From an uncultured Gammaproteobacteria bacterium (lineage in GTDB: Bacteria; Patescibacteriota; Microgenomatia; UBA1406; GWC2-37-13): a stretch of 64,000 nucleotides of DNA. The DNA is taken from contig CAZBEF010000007.1 in assembly GCA_964490875.1 (NCBI GenBank), forward strand, positions 5,241-69,240. The letters run 5' to 3'. Below, piece after piece: positions 20,901-31,600 of this stretch. The translations under genes and the position numbers were made by a program. The notes beneath the pieces were generated by a model. It was not told where the DNA came from. It did no database searches and was given only the letters and a program-made list of their open reading frames with translations. Within the stretch, counting starts at the first letter, position 1. Each line of letters opens with the position of its first letter.

Positions 20901-22576
20901 GAGCTCACTGCAACTCCATTCACATAAAATGTTGCAACATTGCTGCTTACTACAACTGCAACGTACTGCCATTGATTCAATGAAACAGCGGCGGTATTTG
21001 CTGAACAGCTTTGAAATCCGTTATACATTGTTAATGTTTGTTCTCCGGCATTATTTGAAATTTCAAACTGATACCCAACAGTACTTCCGCTTTGTCGGGA
21101 GAGAATTGTGCCGTAGTTTGCTTCACCCCAGCCAGTAGGATAAATCCAAGCAGCGAGTGTCATATTCTGAGTGAAATCTAAATTCGTACTTGTTCCTAAA
21201 CTTATATCGTCATCCGTTCCATCAAACTGAAGTCCTGATCCGTATTTGCCGGTAGCCCATGCGGTACCAGAGTTCAGGGTTCCACTCGCATATGAACCAA
21301 TAGTATTTGTAGTTGAAGATCCGGAGCTTTCATCATGTTTCCAGTAGCTGACAAGACCGTTAGATAACGATTTATTCACGTCTGAATTACCCATTTGTAC
21401 ACCTACGCCTTTCACACTTCCACGTGAATTAAAATCAGTTTTTACCTGGTCTGCGGAACGGGCATAGGGGTATACTTTCACCGAATCGATAATCCCGTCC
21501 CATGGATTGGCCGCTCCGTTATCAATTCCTACACGGAAAGCAGGGGATGATCCGCTGATAGAAGAGGCAGTTATTGAAGTATCTGCAGCAATCTGCTGAC
21601 CATCGATATACAGAATTACAGAGGTAGTTCCATTCTTCACTCCTGTTACCTGATGCCATTTTGAGTCGGCATAACTACCTTGTGTCGAAGTCGAGCAGGC
21701 AGAATCTACAGGGAATGAACCGGCAGTCTGGTCTATTCCAAAACAGATATATCCGGAGGAGTCCATATAGATTTTGTATCCGACTCCATTGGCATCCGCG
21801 CCATCTACTCGTGAAATAATCACGTCCGTACCTGCTTGGATAGAAGTATGTTTAACCCACGCACTTACCGAGAAACTACCTGTTCCCGGATTCAGTTCGG
21901 TGTCGGAAGAATAGGTCCGCGACACATAATCGTTTGTACCATCAAACTTAAGACAGGAGCCGTTTACACATAAGTCAGAGGATATCCACGTAGGAGCGCT
22001 CGATGTAGTGCCTAATGTTCCGGTGTTGGCATTTAATGTATCATCATTCAATGTTGAACCACTTGCTTCATTCATACTCCAGGAAAGAACTGGTCCGGTG
22101 CCAGTTTCCTGATTGGTGACATCAGTTATTGCCGGGTCACCACCGCTTGGGGTAAGTGCGGTAACCGCGGATACATCTTGGCTCGCAGAAGTTGCGGAAG
22201 GATTTCCATAGTACACATATCCAATATTCGATCCATTGATAACACTGGGAAAAACAACTTCAAATGTTGTTGCTGCGTTGTTGCATGTACCAGTTAATTG
22301 GTATTTCAAAAGTTTTCCATTAATATCGGTGAATCGTACATCGTCACAATCGGTCTGCATAGCACCATTGCCGATAATTTCTGCGGTATCAAGACTGAAG
22401 GTTACTGCCCGTTCTGTAGAAATAGCTGCATTATGAGAAAATGAGATTTTCTGCCGATAGCCGTACCCATCATCGAACCAGCCTGCTTCGGGTTTTCCAT
22501 GCGGCCATAAGAGCCATACACCAATAATTGCGATTAACAGGGGAATAACCAGGAGCCGATTCCATTTCAATCTCAT
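17930..22576 (-). CDS. DUF2341-like + 6x LamG surface protein, paralogue 2
   Basis: 1548-aa ORF with the same architecture and anchor (MRLKWNRLLVIPLLIAIIGVWLLWPH). Module 1 and module 4 are nearly identical to paralogue 1. The C-terminus is NFAPITGSP. TATAAT-N6-ATG. Confidence 0.85.
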   Translation of the reverse strand: MRLKWNRLLVIPLLIAIIGVWLLWPHGKPEAGWFDDGYGYRQKISFSHNAAISTERAVTFSLDTAEIIGNGAMQTDCDDVRFTDINGKLLKYQLTGTCNNAATTFEVVFPSVINGSNIGYVYYGNPSATSASQDVSAVTALTPSGGDPAITDVTNQETGTGPVLSWSMNEASGSTLNDDTLNANTGTLGTTSSAPTWISSDLCVNGSCLKFDGTNDYVSRTYSSDTELNPGTGSFSVSAWVKHTSIQAGTDVIISRVDGADANGVGYKIYMDSSGYICFGIDQTAGSFPVDSACSTSTQGSYADSKWHQVTGVKNGTTSVILYIDGQQIAADTSITASSISGSSPAFRVGIDNGAANPWDGIIDSVKVYPYARSADQVKTDFNSRGSVKGVGVQMGNSDVNKSLSNGLVSYWKHDESSGSSTTNTIGSYASGTLNSGTAWATGKYGSGLQFDGTDDDISLGTSTNLDFTQNMTLAAWIYPTGWGEANYGTILSRQSGSTVGYQFEISNNAGEQTLTMYNGFQSCSANTAAVSLNQWQYVAVVVSSNVATFYVNGVAVSSPCNYTLASNGAAAAYIGSWDGNSDTFKGTIDEVRAYNRALSTAELKSLYNWTPGTSVYYDLNEKAGTSTVYDKSGNGLSGSMSGGIIASAWVPGKFGSAIELDGANDYLNLSNSATNANINEYQGTISFWYKMNGGLGGVYRELLQLRRSDDNDAMELYLQSSTSNLRFEYSNSGSINRITTSAPTVGTWYHVAAVWRSDGTTELFVNGVSVGTTSSYSLIDTQINNFYIGADNGTDTDTPATFDDIKIYNYARTTAQIIEDMNGGHPVGGSPIGSQVGYWKFDEGNSTTAYDTSPNANDLTLSTATSAWTLSGMHGRAWDGNASRYVSRADDADFDFAAAEDFTLTTWIKTDGTASGTQYILNKSSATSQGYGIYGSSSGKVVFAIDDDTSWTPDDQAQSTTNIFDQAWHHIAARKTGTSKIDIFVDGRLEGSDTSLGATGSLSNAVSFYVGDRDGTDNGDEFNGDVDEVKIYRGALTDEQIKMDYNQGQSTVMGAKSTASNGTADNSASREYCVPGDTATCNPPILDFRFEEHAGQTVADIMNNGLFLYLGSGSGVESSDPEWTRGRHGSGLKFDGSDDNSFTNTYSAVLDGTGSYTVSAWINPATLNQPSNPYIIARTANNFWRMSMLDGGAIRHQGYGLSDNSLDTGNVLTANKWTHVSIVYDGTNKYIYIDGKVAAQEATTGTLSYQSRLAIFIGGVNGSGVFNGIIDDVRYYDYARTPAQIAWDYNNGGPAAWYRFDECQGTTSYDSSPNNNFSATGMNGAITIGATGSNTSAGTCTGAATEAWKNGVNGKIKSSLSLDGTNDYVSITDSTKSAFDFASGETMTISAWIKPSSLPIGGNTYSSILAKPGASGNGYYAQISYAGQLEFCIFSTVDGGCYTTTQTPVTTGTWQHVVYSMTVGDSSTIKMYYNGKRYTGNWVDNGSIVPDADNATVYIGATDTTGEFFIGQIDDVRIYRYALTDAQIKTVMNNNSAVNFAPITGSP
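19412..20125 (-). repeat. conserved LamG module 4 cassette, copy in paralogue 2
   Basis: Same cassette. Approximate bounds from hand alignment. Confidence 0.8.
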
Positions 22577-22582
22577 GATTTC

Positions 22583-22588
22583 ATTATA
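22583..22588 (-). promoter_or_regulatory. -10 box TATAAT, 6 nt upstream of the LamG paralogue 2 ATG
   Basis: Minus strand: ctacTATAATgaaatcATG. Confidence 0.5.
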
Positions 22589-22628
22589 GTAGGATTCAGA
22601 CAGGAAATGAATATTAATAGATGATTTT

Positions 22629-25600
22629 TTACGGAGAACCGGTAATAGGAGCGAAGTTTACTGATGAAGAGTTGTTCATAATAGTTTTAACTTGAGCAGG
22701 TGAAAGCGCATAACTGAATATGCGGACATCATCTATTTGACCATTAAAGTAATAACCATACACATCCCGCTCGCGGCCAATTCTTAATTCGCCATTATTG
22801 ACTGCAGAAGAAAAATCGGATGTTGCATCCGTTTTTGAAGACATAAGTTTTCCATCGAGAAATAAATTTATAGTATTATTTGGATCGTCATACGTACATG
22901 CAATGTGATACCACCGGCCTAAGGTAGGAGTAAACAGATAAGTTAATTCATCGCCAGATACACCATTGTATACTCCGCAAATTAGTGAATTCGGCGTGCC
23001 GCAGCTTGCAGTAGTACATAATGCAGAGTAATAATTGTTTTTAGAGGCATCTCCTTTAGTAACAAAGAAAGCTTCATCAATTGGCAAACTATTAAACTTA
23101 ACCCAAAATGAATGTGAACCAACTGAGGATAAGTCAAGAATACTATTTGTACCTGGATCGGCGACAGAAATATAATCATCTGTTCCATCAAAACTTAAGG
23201 ATGAATTAATTTTCCCGTTGGCGCCGTTTTTCCATGCTTCGGTTGCCGCGCCCGTGCAGGTACCGGGAGCTGTATTCGAACCGGTTGCACCGATTGATAT
23301 GGTGCCATTTAAACCAGCAGCCAGGCCGTTTCCATTCAATACACTGTTGTATGCTGTGGTGCCCGAACATTCATCTAATTTATAATGGGCTATAGGTCCG
23401 CCATGATTATAATCCCAGGCTATTTGTGCCGCAGAACGGGCATAGTCATATATCATTACATTATCAATATCTCCTAAAAGAGCAGATCCGCCCGTACAAT
23501 CCGAAGAAGCAGACTCAGCACCAAAACACAGTGGTTGAGTACCTTGTTGAATAGTTCCCGTCATCGGTACTGTAGAAACGAGGACCCCATTAACATACAG
23601 TTTCATATTCGCCCCGTCATACGTTCCTGCTGCGTGATACCAAGTATTATTTGAAAGATTTGTACGGCTATATACAACAGACTGATCAACTCCAGCTATG
23701 CGAAGCAGAAAACATAAGGCGCTGCTTGATGTGCAGGTTGAAGTACTTAAAGCGAGCCGAAATCCGGTGGTATTTTTTTTAGAAATTATCCGCTGGCTGG
23801 TGGTTATGTCGGTACTGCGGAACCATGTTTCGACTGTGATGGCGCTTGTTGGTTTTATCAAACTATTATCTGATACAGTGACATATTTTCCAGTTCCTAC
23901 CGCCAACGCATTGCCTTTTACACCAGGAATCCATCCGGCTGAAGTGATGGTTCCATTTAATAAATTCGAAGAATTATCATAGGTGGTGCTACCGGTTCCT
24001 TCGTCTAACCTCCACCAGCCAACCGGCGGATTACATGTTGCAGTATCGCCAGGCACACAGAATTCTCGCGATTGTGAATTGTCGACAGTAACACCATCAC
24101 TTGCAGTGGATGTTGATCCCAGTATTATCGAAGAACCTCGATTATAATCTAGTTTAATTTGATCATCGGTGAGTGCTCCGCGATAGATTTTTACTTCATC
24201 CACGTCGCCGTTGAATTCATCACCATTGTCTGTTCCGTCACGATCTCCAACATAGAATGCCACTGCATTGGATAAAGATCCGGTGGCACCGAGTGAAGTA
24301 TCAGATCCTTCCAGTCTTCCATCAATAAATAAATCTATCTTGGATGTTCCCGTTTTTCGAGCTGCAATATAGTGCCATGTCTGGTCAAACACATTGGTTG
24401 TCGATTGCGCCTGATCGTCTGGAGTCCAGCTGGTATCATCATCTATCGCAAATACTACTTTTCCACTTGATGATCCATAGATTCCATATCCTTGAGATGT
24501 CGCACTTGATTTATTGAGAATGTACTGTGTTCCTGATGCGGTACCATCAGATTTGATCCATGCAGTAAGGGTAAAATCATCTGCTGCTGCAAAATCAAAA
24601 TCATCATCATCGGCACGTGATGCCCAGCGGGCAGCATTGCCGTCGAATGCTTTATTAAACTTTCCCGACAATGTTATTCCTCCAGCAGTTCCTGAAAATG
24701 CCAAATCATTGGCATTAATCGAACTATCACAGAAATCATCAGTTCCATTCGCACAGGTATTTAATGCTCCTTCATCAAACTTCCAATACCCAACTTGTGA
24801 ACCAACCGGAGAGCCGCCGATTGGGTGACTGGCGTTCATGTCCTCGATTATTTGTGCTTGAGTACGGGCATAATTGTATATTCGTACATCATCGATTGCA
24901 CCATCTACTCTGCTTGCAGAACTGGAATGAGCCCCAAGTAGCAGAGCACTTGTGTCGACTTGAATGGCGCCGGACGCAGCGCCACTTTGAAAAGCAGTTT
25001 GATCAACACCATTTATGTAAATTTTTATATTACTGGTTGCAGAGTCATATACAGCAGTTAGATAGTACCAAGTATTGGGAACTATTGAATTATCAGCAGT
25101 TTTGACATAAATTAAACTGCCCCCAAGGTGGACAGAAAAACGAATATTATTGGTGGTGTTATGATATTCTAAAATATAACTAGAATTATTAGCACAGACT
25201 GCTCCCGCACAAACTTTCCGTACAATACGTTGGGATTCTCCTTTTGTCGAAGAAAGCTGATTGAATTTAACCCATGTAGAAATTGAAAGTGCGGATGTTG
25301 GAGAAAGTTTTCCATTATCGGTTATATCAATATAATCATCACTTCCGTCAAACATTAGTGCGCTGCCAAATTTTCCTTGTGTCCAGCTGCTTTGACTCAT
25401 ATTTCCATTTATTGTTCCGGTTAGATTATTCCCTGATGCATCATAAATTGTTGTGGCTCCTGTATTTTCATCCAATTTCCAATAGCCTACCGGACCAGGC
25501 GCCCATTTGTATAATGCAGTAACCTCGGATGGGGATAGAGCGCGGTTATAAAAGCGGGTATCATCCATCTGACCATCCAATCGACTTCCACCATTTTGAG

Positions 25601-28580
25601 ATCCAAATCGTAATGGACCAGCACCGCTGCCGTCATACATGGTGCCTGTAAGATTGGTTATCCCTTCAGCAATTCCATTACAGTAGACTCGCAAAATTGA
25701 TCCCTCTTTTACACCCACCACATGATACCAGGTGCCGGTAGTCAAAGCTGAATTGCATGAAGCAAAAAAGTGAGTCTGGTCTGTATTTGTCCAACGCATA
25801 ATCGGTTTATTTGACGAAGAACTAACATACAGAAGATATGATAAATTGCTTAGGCCTGGTTTACTAATTAAGCTTCCATCTTGTGCCATAACCGTTGGCA
25901 GAGTATCAAGCTTAACCCATGTGGCAACCGAAAAGTCACCGGAAGAATAAAAATCTGCTGAATTTGTTACAGTAACCTCATCATCGGTTCCATCGAAGTT
26001 TCCAGCATAGCTGAATTTACTGGTAGAAGTTGTAGTAGCACCATTCACAGATATACCGTGATGGGAATTACCGCTTGAGTCTACAACTTCATTTGTTGTA
26101 CCATTCCAGCTAGCTTCATCCATTTTCCAATAGCCGACAAGGCCTTCGGTAAGGAAATCATTCGAACCTTGCCCAAGTATTGCAGCATTGCCTTTTGGCG
26201 CCGCCAGGGGAGGGCGTGCAGAATCTGCCAGAATCTGTGCATCGCTTCTGGCGTAGCGGTATACTTTTACGGTATCGAGGAATCCGCCGTATGGATTGCT
26301 GCTTCTGTCGCTGTCTATGCCAAGGTAAAAGTCATTACTGTTTGACAGTGTACCGGTTGCGGCGATGGAGGTATCTGAGGCAACCTGTTTTCCGTCAATA
26401 TACAGTTTAAGACTGGTAGTTCCATTTTTGACTGCGTCAAAATGATGCCATTCATTATCATCATATGTTGCCTCAGTTGTTGTTGCAGAGTCGGAGTTTG
26501 AGCCGTCACTTACAGAAAAGGTGAGATCGCCATCAGATTCCATTTGGAGTTTGTATCCGGTATTTGCAGAAGTAGTACAGCTTCCGGTGTTTATGATTTT
26601 GGTATCTACATTTACCGTGCCGAAGCTTCCAATCCATGCATGCATCAAGTCGCAGTTTTGATAATTGAACGCAGACGAGAAATATTTAACTTCGTTCGCA
26701 TCGAAGCTGTTTACCCATAATGTAGCTGATCCGTTCCATGTGGTGCCGCCGTCGGAGGAGTAATTGTAGTAGATATCAGTATTGTCAGAGTTATTCATAC
26801 CGAACACATACACCTTATCTGCGCCTGCATCGACGGTATCAACTGCGGCAGAAACATATCCATCATACTGTGCTGCTTGTGCTGCAACATTGACTATTGT
26901 ATCAACCTGTGTAGATAGTGATCCGTTCAATGTATTCACCACATATGCATCTAGATCATTGGTTCCTTCGTCAGCCGCAAAAGAAATGTTTCGTGTATTG
27001 AAAACCACTGAATTGTATCCTTCGTTATTTGCTGCATATTCTACAGCAGTTTCCAGCTCTTGCTCGGTTCCCAAGCGGTTAGTTTCGCCATAAAAAAAAT
27101 TTGTTTCCAAATCAGAGCTTGCCGTACCGCCGTCGGTATCTATCCAGAAGAGTTGGAAGTCTAGGTTGCCAAACGATTTTATGCCGACACCCATATCGGC
27201 ATTAAAACCGCCGGCTGTTGCGATATCTTCCATGGGGAAACCAGTCTGTGAAGTCCAGGTACCGTCACCGCATGGCGCAGCTTCTTTCCACAGCCATACT
27301 TCGTGCTGATCTCCGGCTGCTTCGGTTGAATCCTGATAATCTGCAATTATCATCGAGCAGCCGTACATATCGGTTGCGATGCGCGGAAACTGGATGTCAT
27401 CGTTGTTGCTTTTTCCGACATCCGAGCTTTCGTATACTTCCTGTTGGGCGTCACAGGTAATATATGGAGCAGAACCGGTTAAGCTGCACCGTGTATAGAA
27501 CAGTTGATCGGTCGAGACGGTAGAATATGTACAGTGGAGATACGTTGAGGGTCCATCGGTATCGACAGAACAGCCATAATCTTCATACTCATATGTTCCG
27601 GCCGCAATTGCGCCGGAGCCATCAAATGTTACTCCAGAAGTTGCAGCGGTTGATCTGTCAAAAATATCGGCGTTCGAATCTATGTATATCACATGCCAGC
27701 GTTTGTTATTGGGGTCATAGACAACACGGTTGAGCCACGAAGCATCATATCCACCGATACCTTCGACTGTTGAAGTGGTGATAGTTGTTGTTGCCGTTGA
27801 ACCGGTTCCTAAGGTTGTTTGTTGTTTACTCAGCAGCACATCGGTTCCCGAAGTTTTAGGAGCATGGCGGAACCAGCCGGAAACGGTAAACGAATCAGAA
27901 GCGGCGAAGTTAAGATCAGATTTAGTGTTTACCATTGCAAAATCGTTGGTACCATCAAATGAGAGACAATTTCCGTCCAGACATTGATCAGCAGATTGTC
28001 TGGTTACACCCGAGGCAGCAAGATCTGTTCGCTCCTGCATTGTATCGCAGAGGTCATTTCTTCCGCCAAAGCAGGTATTGTCTGATCCCTCATCAAATTT
28101 CCAGTAAGCGATCGGTGCGGTAGAGCCTTCTTCTGTAGCGGGTGTACCAACAGAGACATTGGTAGCAGCAGAAGAGAAATCTACAGTTTGGAAACCGTTT
28201 GAAGCCCAGGCGTTGCCATAATAAATGTATATATCTTGAGCGCCGGCGGCTAAGGTATCAAAGTTAATATGAAAAGATGTTGAAGCAGATCCACATCCCG
28301 AAACAATATAGTAGGGGAGAATTTCACCGTTAGCTTTTACAAAGCGAATATCACCGCAGTCAGTTTGGAAACGGGAAAGATTAGAGGTGTCAAAACTGGA
28401 AAGGGTGACATACTTGTTGGTTTCCGTAGAAGTATTATTGGTTACAGTAATTTTCTTCCGGTACTGAAAATTATCATCATACCATCCTGCGGTTGGTTTA
28501 CCATGCGGCCATAACAACCAAAACCCAATTAGAACAATTAGAAGTGGTAATGCAAGAATAGGCTTCCACCGAAATTTCAT
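22629..28580 (-). CDS. DUF2341-like + 6x LamG surface protein, paralogue 3, with a nested ~420-aa Asp-box-containing insert
   Basis: 1983-aa ORF. The N-terminal 215 aa are very close to paralogue 4. The insert splits module 1 between ..GTDVLLSKQQTT and NTGYKLQMESDG and contains SSDGGTTW (Asp-box/BNR). The C-terminus is NFAPITGSP. Confidence 0.85.
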   Translation of the reverse strand: MKFRWKPILALPLLIVLIGFWLLWPHGKPTAGWYDDNFQYRKKITVTNNTSTETNKYVTLSSFDTSNLSRFQTDCGDIRFVKANGEILPYYIVSGCGSASTSFHINFDTLAAGAQDIYIYYGNAWASNGFQTVDFSSAATNVSVGTPATEEGSTAPIAYWKFDEGSDNTCFGGRNDLCDTMQERTDLAASGVTRQSADQCLDGNCLSFDGTNDFAMVNTKSDLNFAASDSFTVSGWFRHAPKTSGTDVLLSKQQTTLGTGSTATTTITTSTVEGIGGYDASWLNRVVYDPNNKRWHVIYIDSNADIFDRSTAATSGVTFDGSGAIAAGTYEYEDYGCSVDTDGPSTYLHCTYSTVSTDQLFYTRCSLTGSAPYITCDAQQEVYESSDVGKSNNDDIQFPRIATDMYGCSMIIADYQDSTEAAGDQHEVWLWKEAAPCGDGTWTSQTGFPMEDIATAGGFNADMGVGIKSFGNLDFQLFWIDTDGGTASSDLETNFFYGETNRLGTEQELETAVEYAANNEGYNSVVFNTRNISFAADEGTNDLDAYVVNTLNGSLSTQVDTIVNVAAQAAQYDGYVSAAVDTVDAGADKVYVFGMNNSDNTDIYYNYSSDGGTTWNGSATLWVNSFDANEVKYFSSAFNYQNCDLMHAWIGSFGTVNVDTKIINTGSCTTSANTGYKLQMESDGDLTFSVSDGSNSDSATTTEATYDDNEWHHFDAVKNGTTSLKLYIDGKQVASDTSIAATGTLSNSNDFYLGIDSDRSSNPYGGFLDTVKVYRYARSDAQILADSARPPLAAPKGNAAILGQGSNDFLTEGLVGYWKMDEASWNGTTNEVVDSSGNSHHGISVNGATTTSTSKFSYAGNFDGTDDEVTVTNSADFYSSGDFSVATWVKLDTLPTVMAQDGSLISKPGLSNLSYLLYVSSSSNKPIMRWTNTDQTHFFASCNSALTTGTWYHVVGVKEGSILRVYCNGIAEGITNLTGTMYDGSGAGPLRFGSQNGGSRLDGQMDDTRFYNRALSPSEVTALYKWAPGPVGYWKLDENTGATTIYDASGNNLTGTINGNMSQSSWTQGKFGSALMFDGSDDYIDITDNGKLSPTSALSISTWVKFNQLSSTKGESQRIVRKVCAGAVCANNSSYILEYHNTTNNIRFSVHLGGSLIYVKTADNSIVPNTWYYLTAVYDSATSNIKIYINGVDQTAFQSGAASGAIQVDTSALLLGAHSSSASRVDGAIDDVRIYNYARTQAQIIEDMNASHPIGGSPVGSQVGYWKFDEGALNTCANGTDDFCDSSINANDLAFSGTAGGITLSGKFNKAFDGNAARWASRADDDDFDFAAADDFTLTAWIKSDGTASGTQYILNKSSATSQGYGIYGSSSGKVVFAIDDDTSWTPDDQAQSTTNVFDQTWHYIAARKTGTSKIDLFIDGRLEGSDTSLGATGSLSNAVAFYVGDRDGTDNGDEFNGDVDEVKIYRGALTDDQIKLDYNRGSSIILGSTSTASDGVTVDNSQSREFCVPGDTATCNPPVGWWRLDEGTGSTTYDNSSNLLNGTITSAGWIPGVKGNALAVGTGKYVTVSDNSLIKPTSAITVETWFRSTDITTSQRIISKKNTTGFRLALSTSTCTSSSALCFLLRIAGVDQSVVYSRTNLSNNTWYHAAGTYDGANMKLYVNGVLVSTVPMTGTIQQGTQPLCFGAESASSDCTGGSALLGDIDNVMIYDYARSAAQIAWDYNHGGPIAHYKLDECSGTTAYNSVLNGNGLAAGLNGTISIGATGSNTAPGTCTGAATEAWKNGANGKINSSLSFDGTDDYISVADPGTNSILDLSSVGSHSFWVKFNSLPIDEAFFVTKGDASKNNYYSALCTTASCGTPNSLICGVYNGVSGDELTYLFTPTLGRWYHIACTYDDPNNTINLFLDGKLMSSKTDATSDFSSAVNNGELRIGRERDVYGYYFNGQIDDVRIFSYALSPAQVKTIMNNSSSVNFAPITGSP
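24121..24851 (-). repeat. conserved LamG module 4 cassette, copy in paralogue 3
   Basis: Same cassette. Long runs are nucleotide-identical to the paralogue 1 copy (for example ccatagattccatatccttgagatgt...gtactgtgttcctgatgcggtaccatcagatttgatccatgcagtaagggtaaaatcatctgctgctgc). Confidence 0.8.
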
Positions 28581-28646
28581 TTAAGTACTGTAGTTTCCAT
28601 GCTGATTTTATTGTAGCGAAATTTTTCTCTGATGTACAGATCATAA

Positions 28647-31600
28647 TCATGGAGAACCAGTTATGGGTGCATATAAAACAGAAGCATTATTGTTATACAG
28701 AGTTTTTACTTGTGCAGAAGTTAGAGGAAAGTTGTAATAACGAAGTTCGTCAATTTGTCCATCAAAGAATGCATCGGCAGCACTATTTCTCGTTCCAATA
28801 TAATCACCTTGAACTGCTGTAGAAAATGCAGTCAACGAATCATTTTGCTCCGTTGAAGTATTGAGCTGGCCGTTTATATATATCAGCAAAGGATCGGCAG
28901 CCACACCCGACCACGTTACTACAATATGTGTCCATGTGTTGTCGGTAAGGGTAGTTGAAGAGTTGGAGATTTTAGTACCTCCTGTTCCAACTAAGATAGC
29001 CCGCGCTTTATTTTGATATATTCCGAGAAAATATTCTCCATTTAATCCTGATGTGTATTTTGCCAGAAGCATTTGAAGTGCCGAAGGCCAAGCGGTTGCT
29101 TTTGCCCAGGTCGAAATAGAAAAGCCGTTCGTTGTCGGGTTTAGTGCTGTTACTGCGCCGATATTTACATAGTCATTTGATCCGTCAAAATCAAGACTTG
29201 ATCCAAATTTTCCGTTGGCGCCATTTTTCCACGCTTCAGTAGCTGCTCCGGTACAGGTTCCTGCTGAAGTATTCGATCCTGTCGCACCTATTGTAATTGT
29301 TCCATTATTTCCGGCTGCTTGGCCATCACCCGTGAGCATACTATTGTAAATAGTAGTACCGGAACATTCATCAAATTTGTACTGTACAACCGGATTACTC
29401 CGATTATATTCCCAAGCAATTTGTGAAGGAGTTCGGATGTAGTCATATAATCGGATAGAATCGATAAGTCCGTTGAAGAAAGAACTGTTACCTCCAATGC
29501 GGATTCCTGATTCATCAAGATTCACGTTCGTATTTATTCCACTGCTTACTACAGTGGTCGATTCTTTTAGTCCATCAATGTAGATTACAATATCGCTTGT
29601 CGTACAGGAAGCATTCCGGTTGAATTGCGCCGCAAAGTAATGCCATTTCCCATCATCTACTGTTGCAGATGTGTTGCGTAAGGTGCAGAAGTTCGAGCTT
29701 CCAGTGTCAACAAGCTGAGCTCTGAGAAAACCGCCATTTAACTGGATACGATAGAAGTTGCTAGTGTTATTTATCGCCATAAATATATTTTGAGTAGTAC
29801 CAGCAGAATTCGATTTAAACCAGCCGGAAATAGTGAAAGCGGTGGAGGTTCCCATATCATAGAGAGTTGTATTATCTGCCTGAACATAATCATTATTACC
29901 ATCAAACGAAATGGCATTGCCGGATTTACCGGGGCTCCACTGGCTTGCGGTTATGGAACCATTCATTGCAGCGTTATTATTATTTCCCGATGTATCGGCC
30001 GTAGAGGTTGTACCGGTATTTTCATCCATTTTCCATTCGCCGATTGGGGGATTACATGTTGCAGTATCACCCGGAATACAATATTCTCGGGAGGCAGAAT
30101 TGTCGGCAGTAATACCATCAGAAGTTGTGGAGGTATATCCGAGTACGGTAGAAGACCCGCGAACGTAGTCCATTTTAATCTGATCATCGGTGAGTGCTCC
30201 GCGATAGATTTTTACTTCATCCACGTCGCCGTTGAATTCATCACCATTGTCAGTACCATCCCGGTCACCGACATAGAATGCCACTGCATTGGATAAAGAT
30301 CCGGTAGCACCGAGTGATGTGTTAGATCCCTCAAGTCTTCCATCAACAAAGATATCAATTTTTGATGTTCCAGTTTTCCGTGCTGCTATGTAATGCCATG
30401 CCTGGTCAAATATATTGGTAGTAGATTGTACCTGGTCATCCGGAGTCCAGCTGGTATCGTCATCTATGGCAAATACTACTTTTCCACTTGATGATCCATA
30501 GATTCCATATCCTTGTGATGTGGCGCTTGATTTGTTGAGAATATATTGTGTACCCGATGCGGTTCCGTCTGTCTTAATCCATGCCGATACAGTAAAATCA
30601 TCGGCTGCTGCAAAATCAAAATCATTATCATCGGCACGTGAAGCCCAGCGTGCAGCATTGCCGTCGAATGCTTTATTAAACTTTCCCGACAATGTTATTC
30701 CTCCAGCAGTTCCCGAGAAGGCAAGGTCATTGGCATTAATGGAAGAATCACAGAAGTCATTTGTTCCACCGGAGCAGGTGTTTAGCGCACCTTCATCAAA
30801 TTTCCAGTACCCAACCTGTGACCCGACAGGGGAGCCTCCCATCGGATGCCCGCCATTCATGTCCTCTATAATCTGGGCAGGAGTGCGTACATAATTGTAG
30901 ATTTTTACGTCATCGATATTACCTAGGAAGTCCCATTGATTATATGAATTTCCTCCATTCCCGATGGCTATATCATAATCGTTTTTCATGCTCCCGGTAG
31001 TCGAATCTGTCGCTGAACCCTGTAGAATTCCATCAACATAAATATAGATTTTGTCAGTAGCTACATCCCGTACTCCGGTTAAATAATGCCAAACATTTGC
31101 ACTGAGTGAATTGTTTGGAGTGCAAGCAGCTGGATTGCTACCACTATCTATGTTAAAACAAACAAAATTAGTGTTATCTATAATAAGGTAAAAAGGTGCT
31201 AACGATGAATCGTTGTAGTCCATTTTGCCTACAACAACACGGTCTCCTGTTGTTCCAATTGTTTTTACCCAAGCAGAAACGGTATAAGATTCTGAAGCAG
31301 CACCTAAATCGGTAGAGGTTGTTTCAGGTATTCTGATAACGCTATTATTGCCAGTAAAGTAAACTGAAGAATTGAATTTTCCTGGTTGCCAACTGGTAGT
31401 GCCAGAAAAGGCGCTGCTGGTATTATTATTTCCACTGGAATCTTTTGTAGTAGTTCCAGTATTTTCATCTAATTTCCAGTAAGCCACCGGTCCGGGAGCC
31501 CAGTTAAATAGCGCGGCAATTTCACGAGGTTCAAGTCCACGGTTATACAATCGGACATCGTCAATTTGTCCATAGAAATTAGTAGTTCCATTATCGCTTC

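Noticed and set aside
14714-30870. The conserved module 4 copies as template/variable repeats of a diversity-generating retroelement
   Set aside because: Differences between copies include all substitution types rather than adenine-specific changes. No reverse transcriptase or accessory gene is present in the window, and the repeats are whole domains of ~720 bp rather than ~100-150-bp VR/TR pairs.
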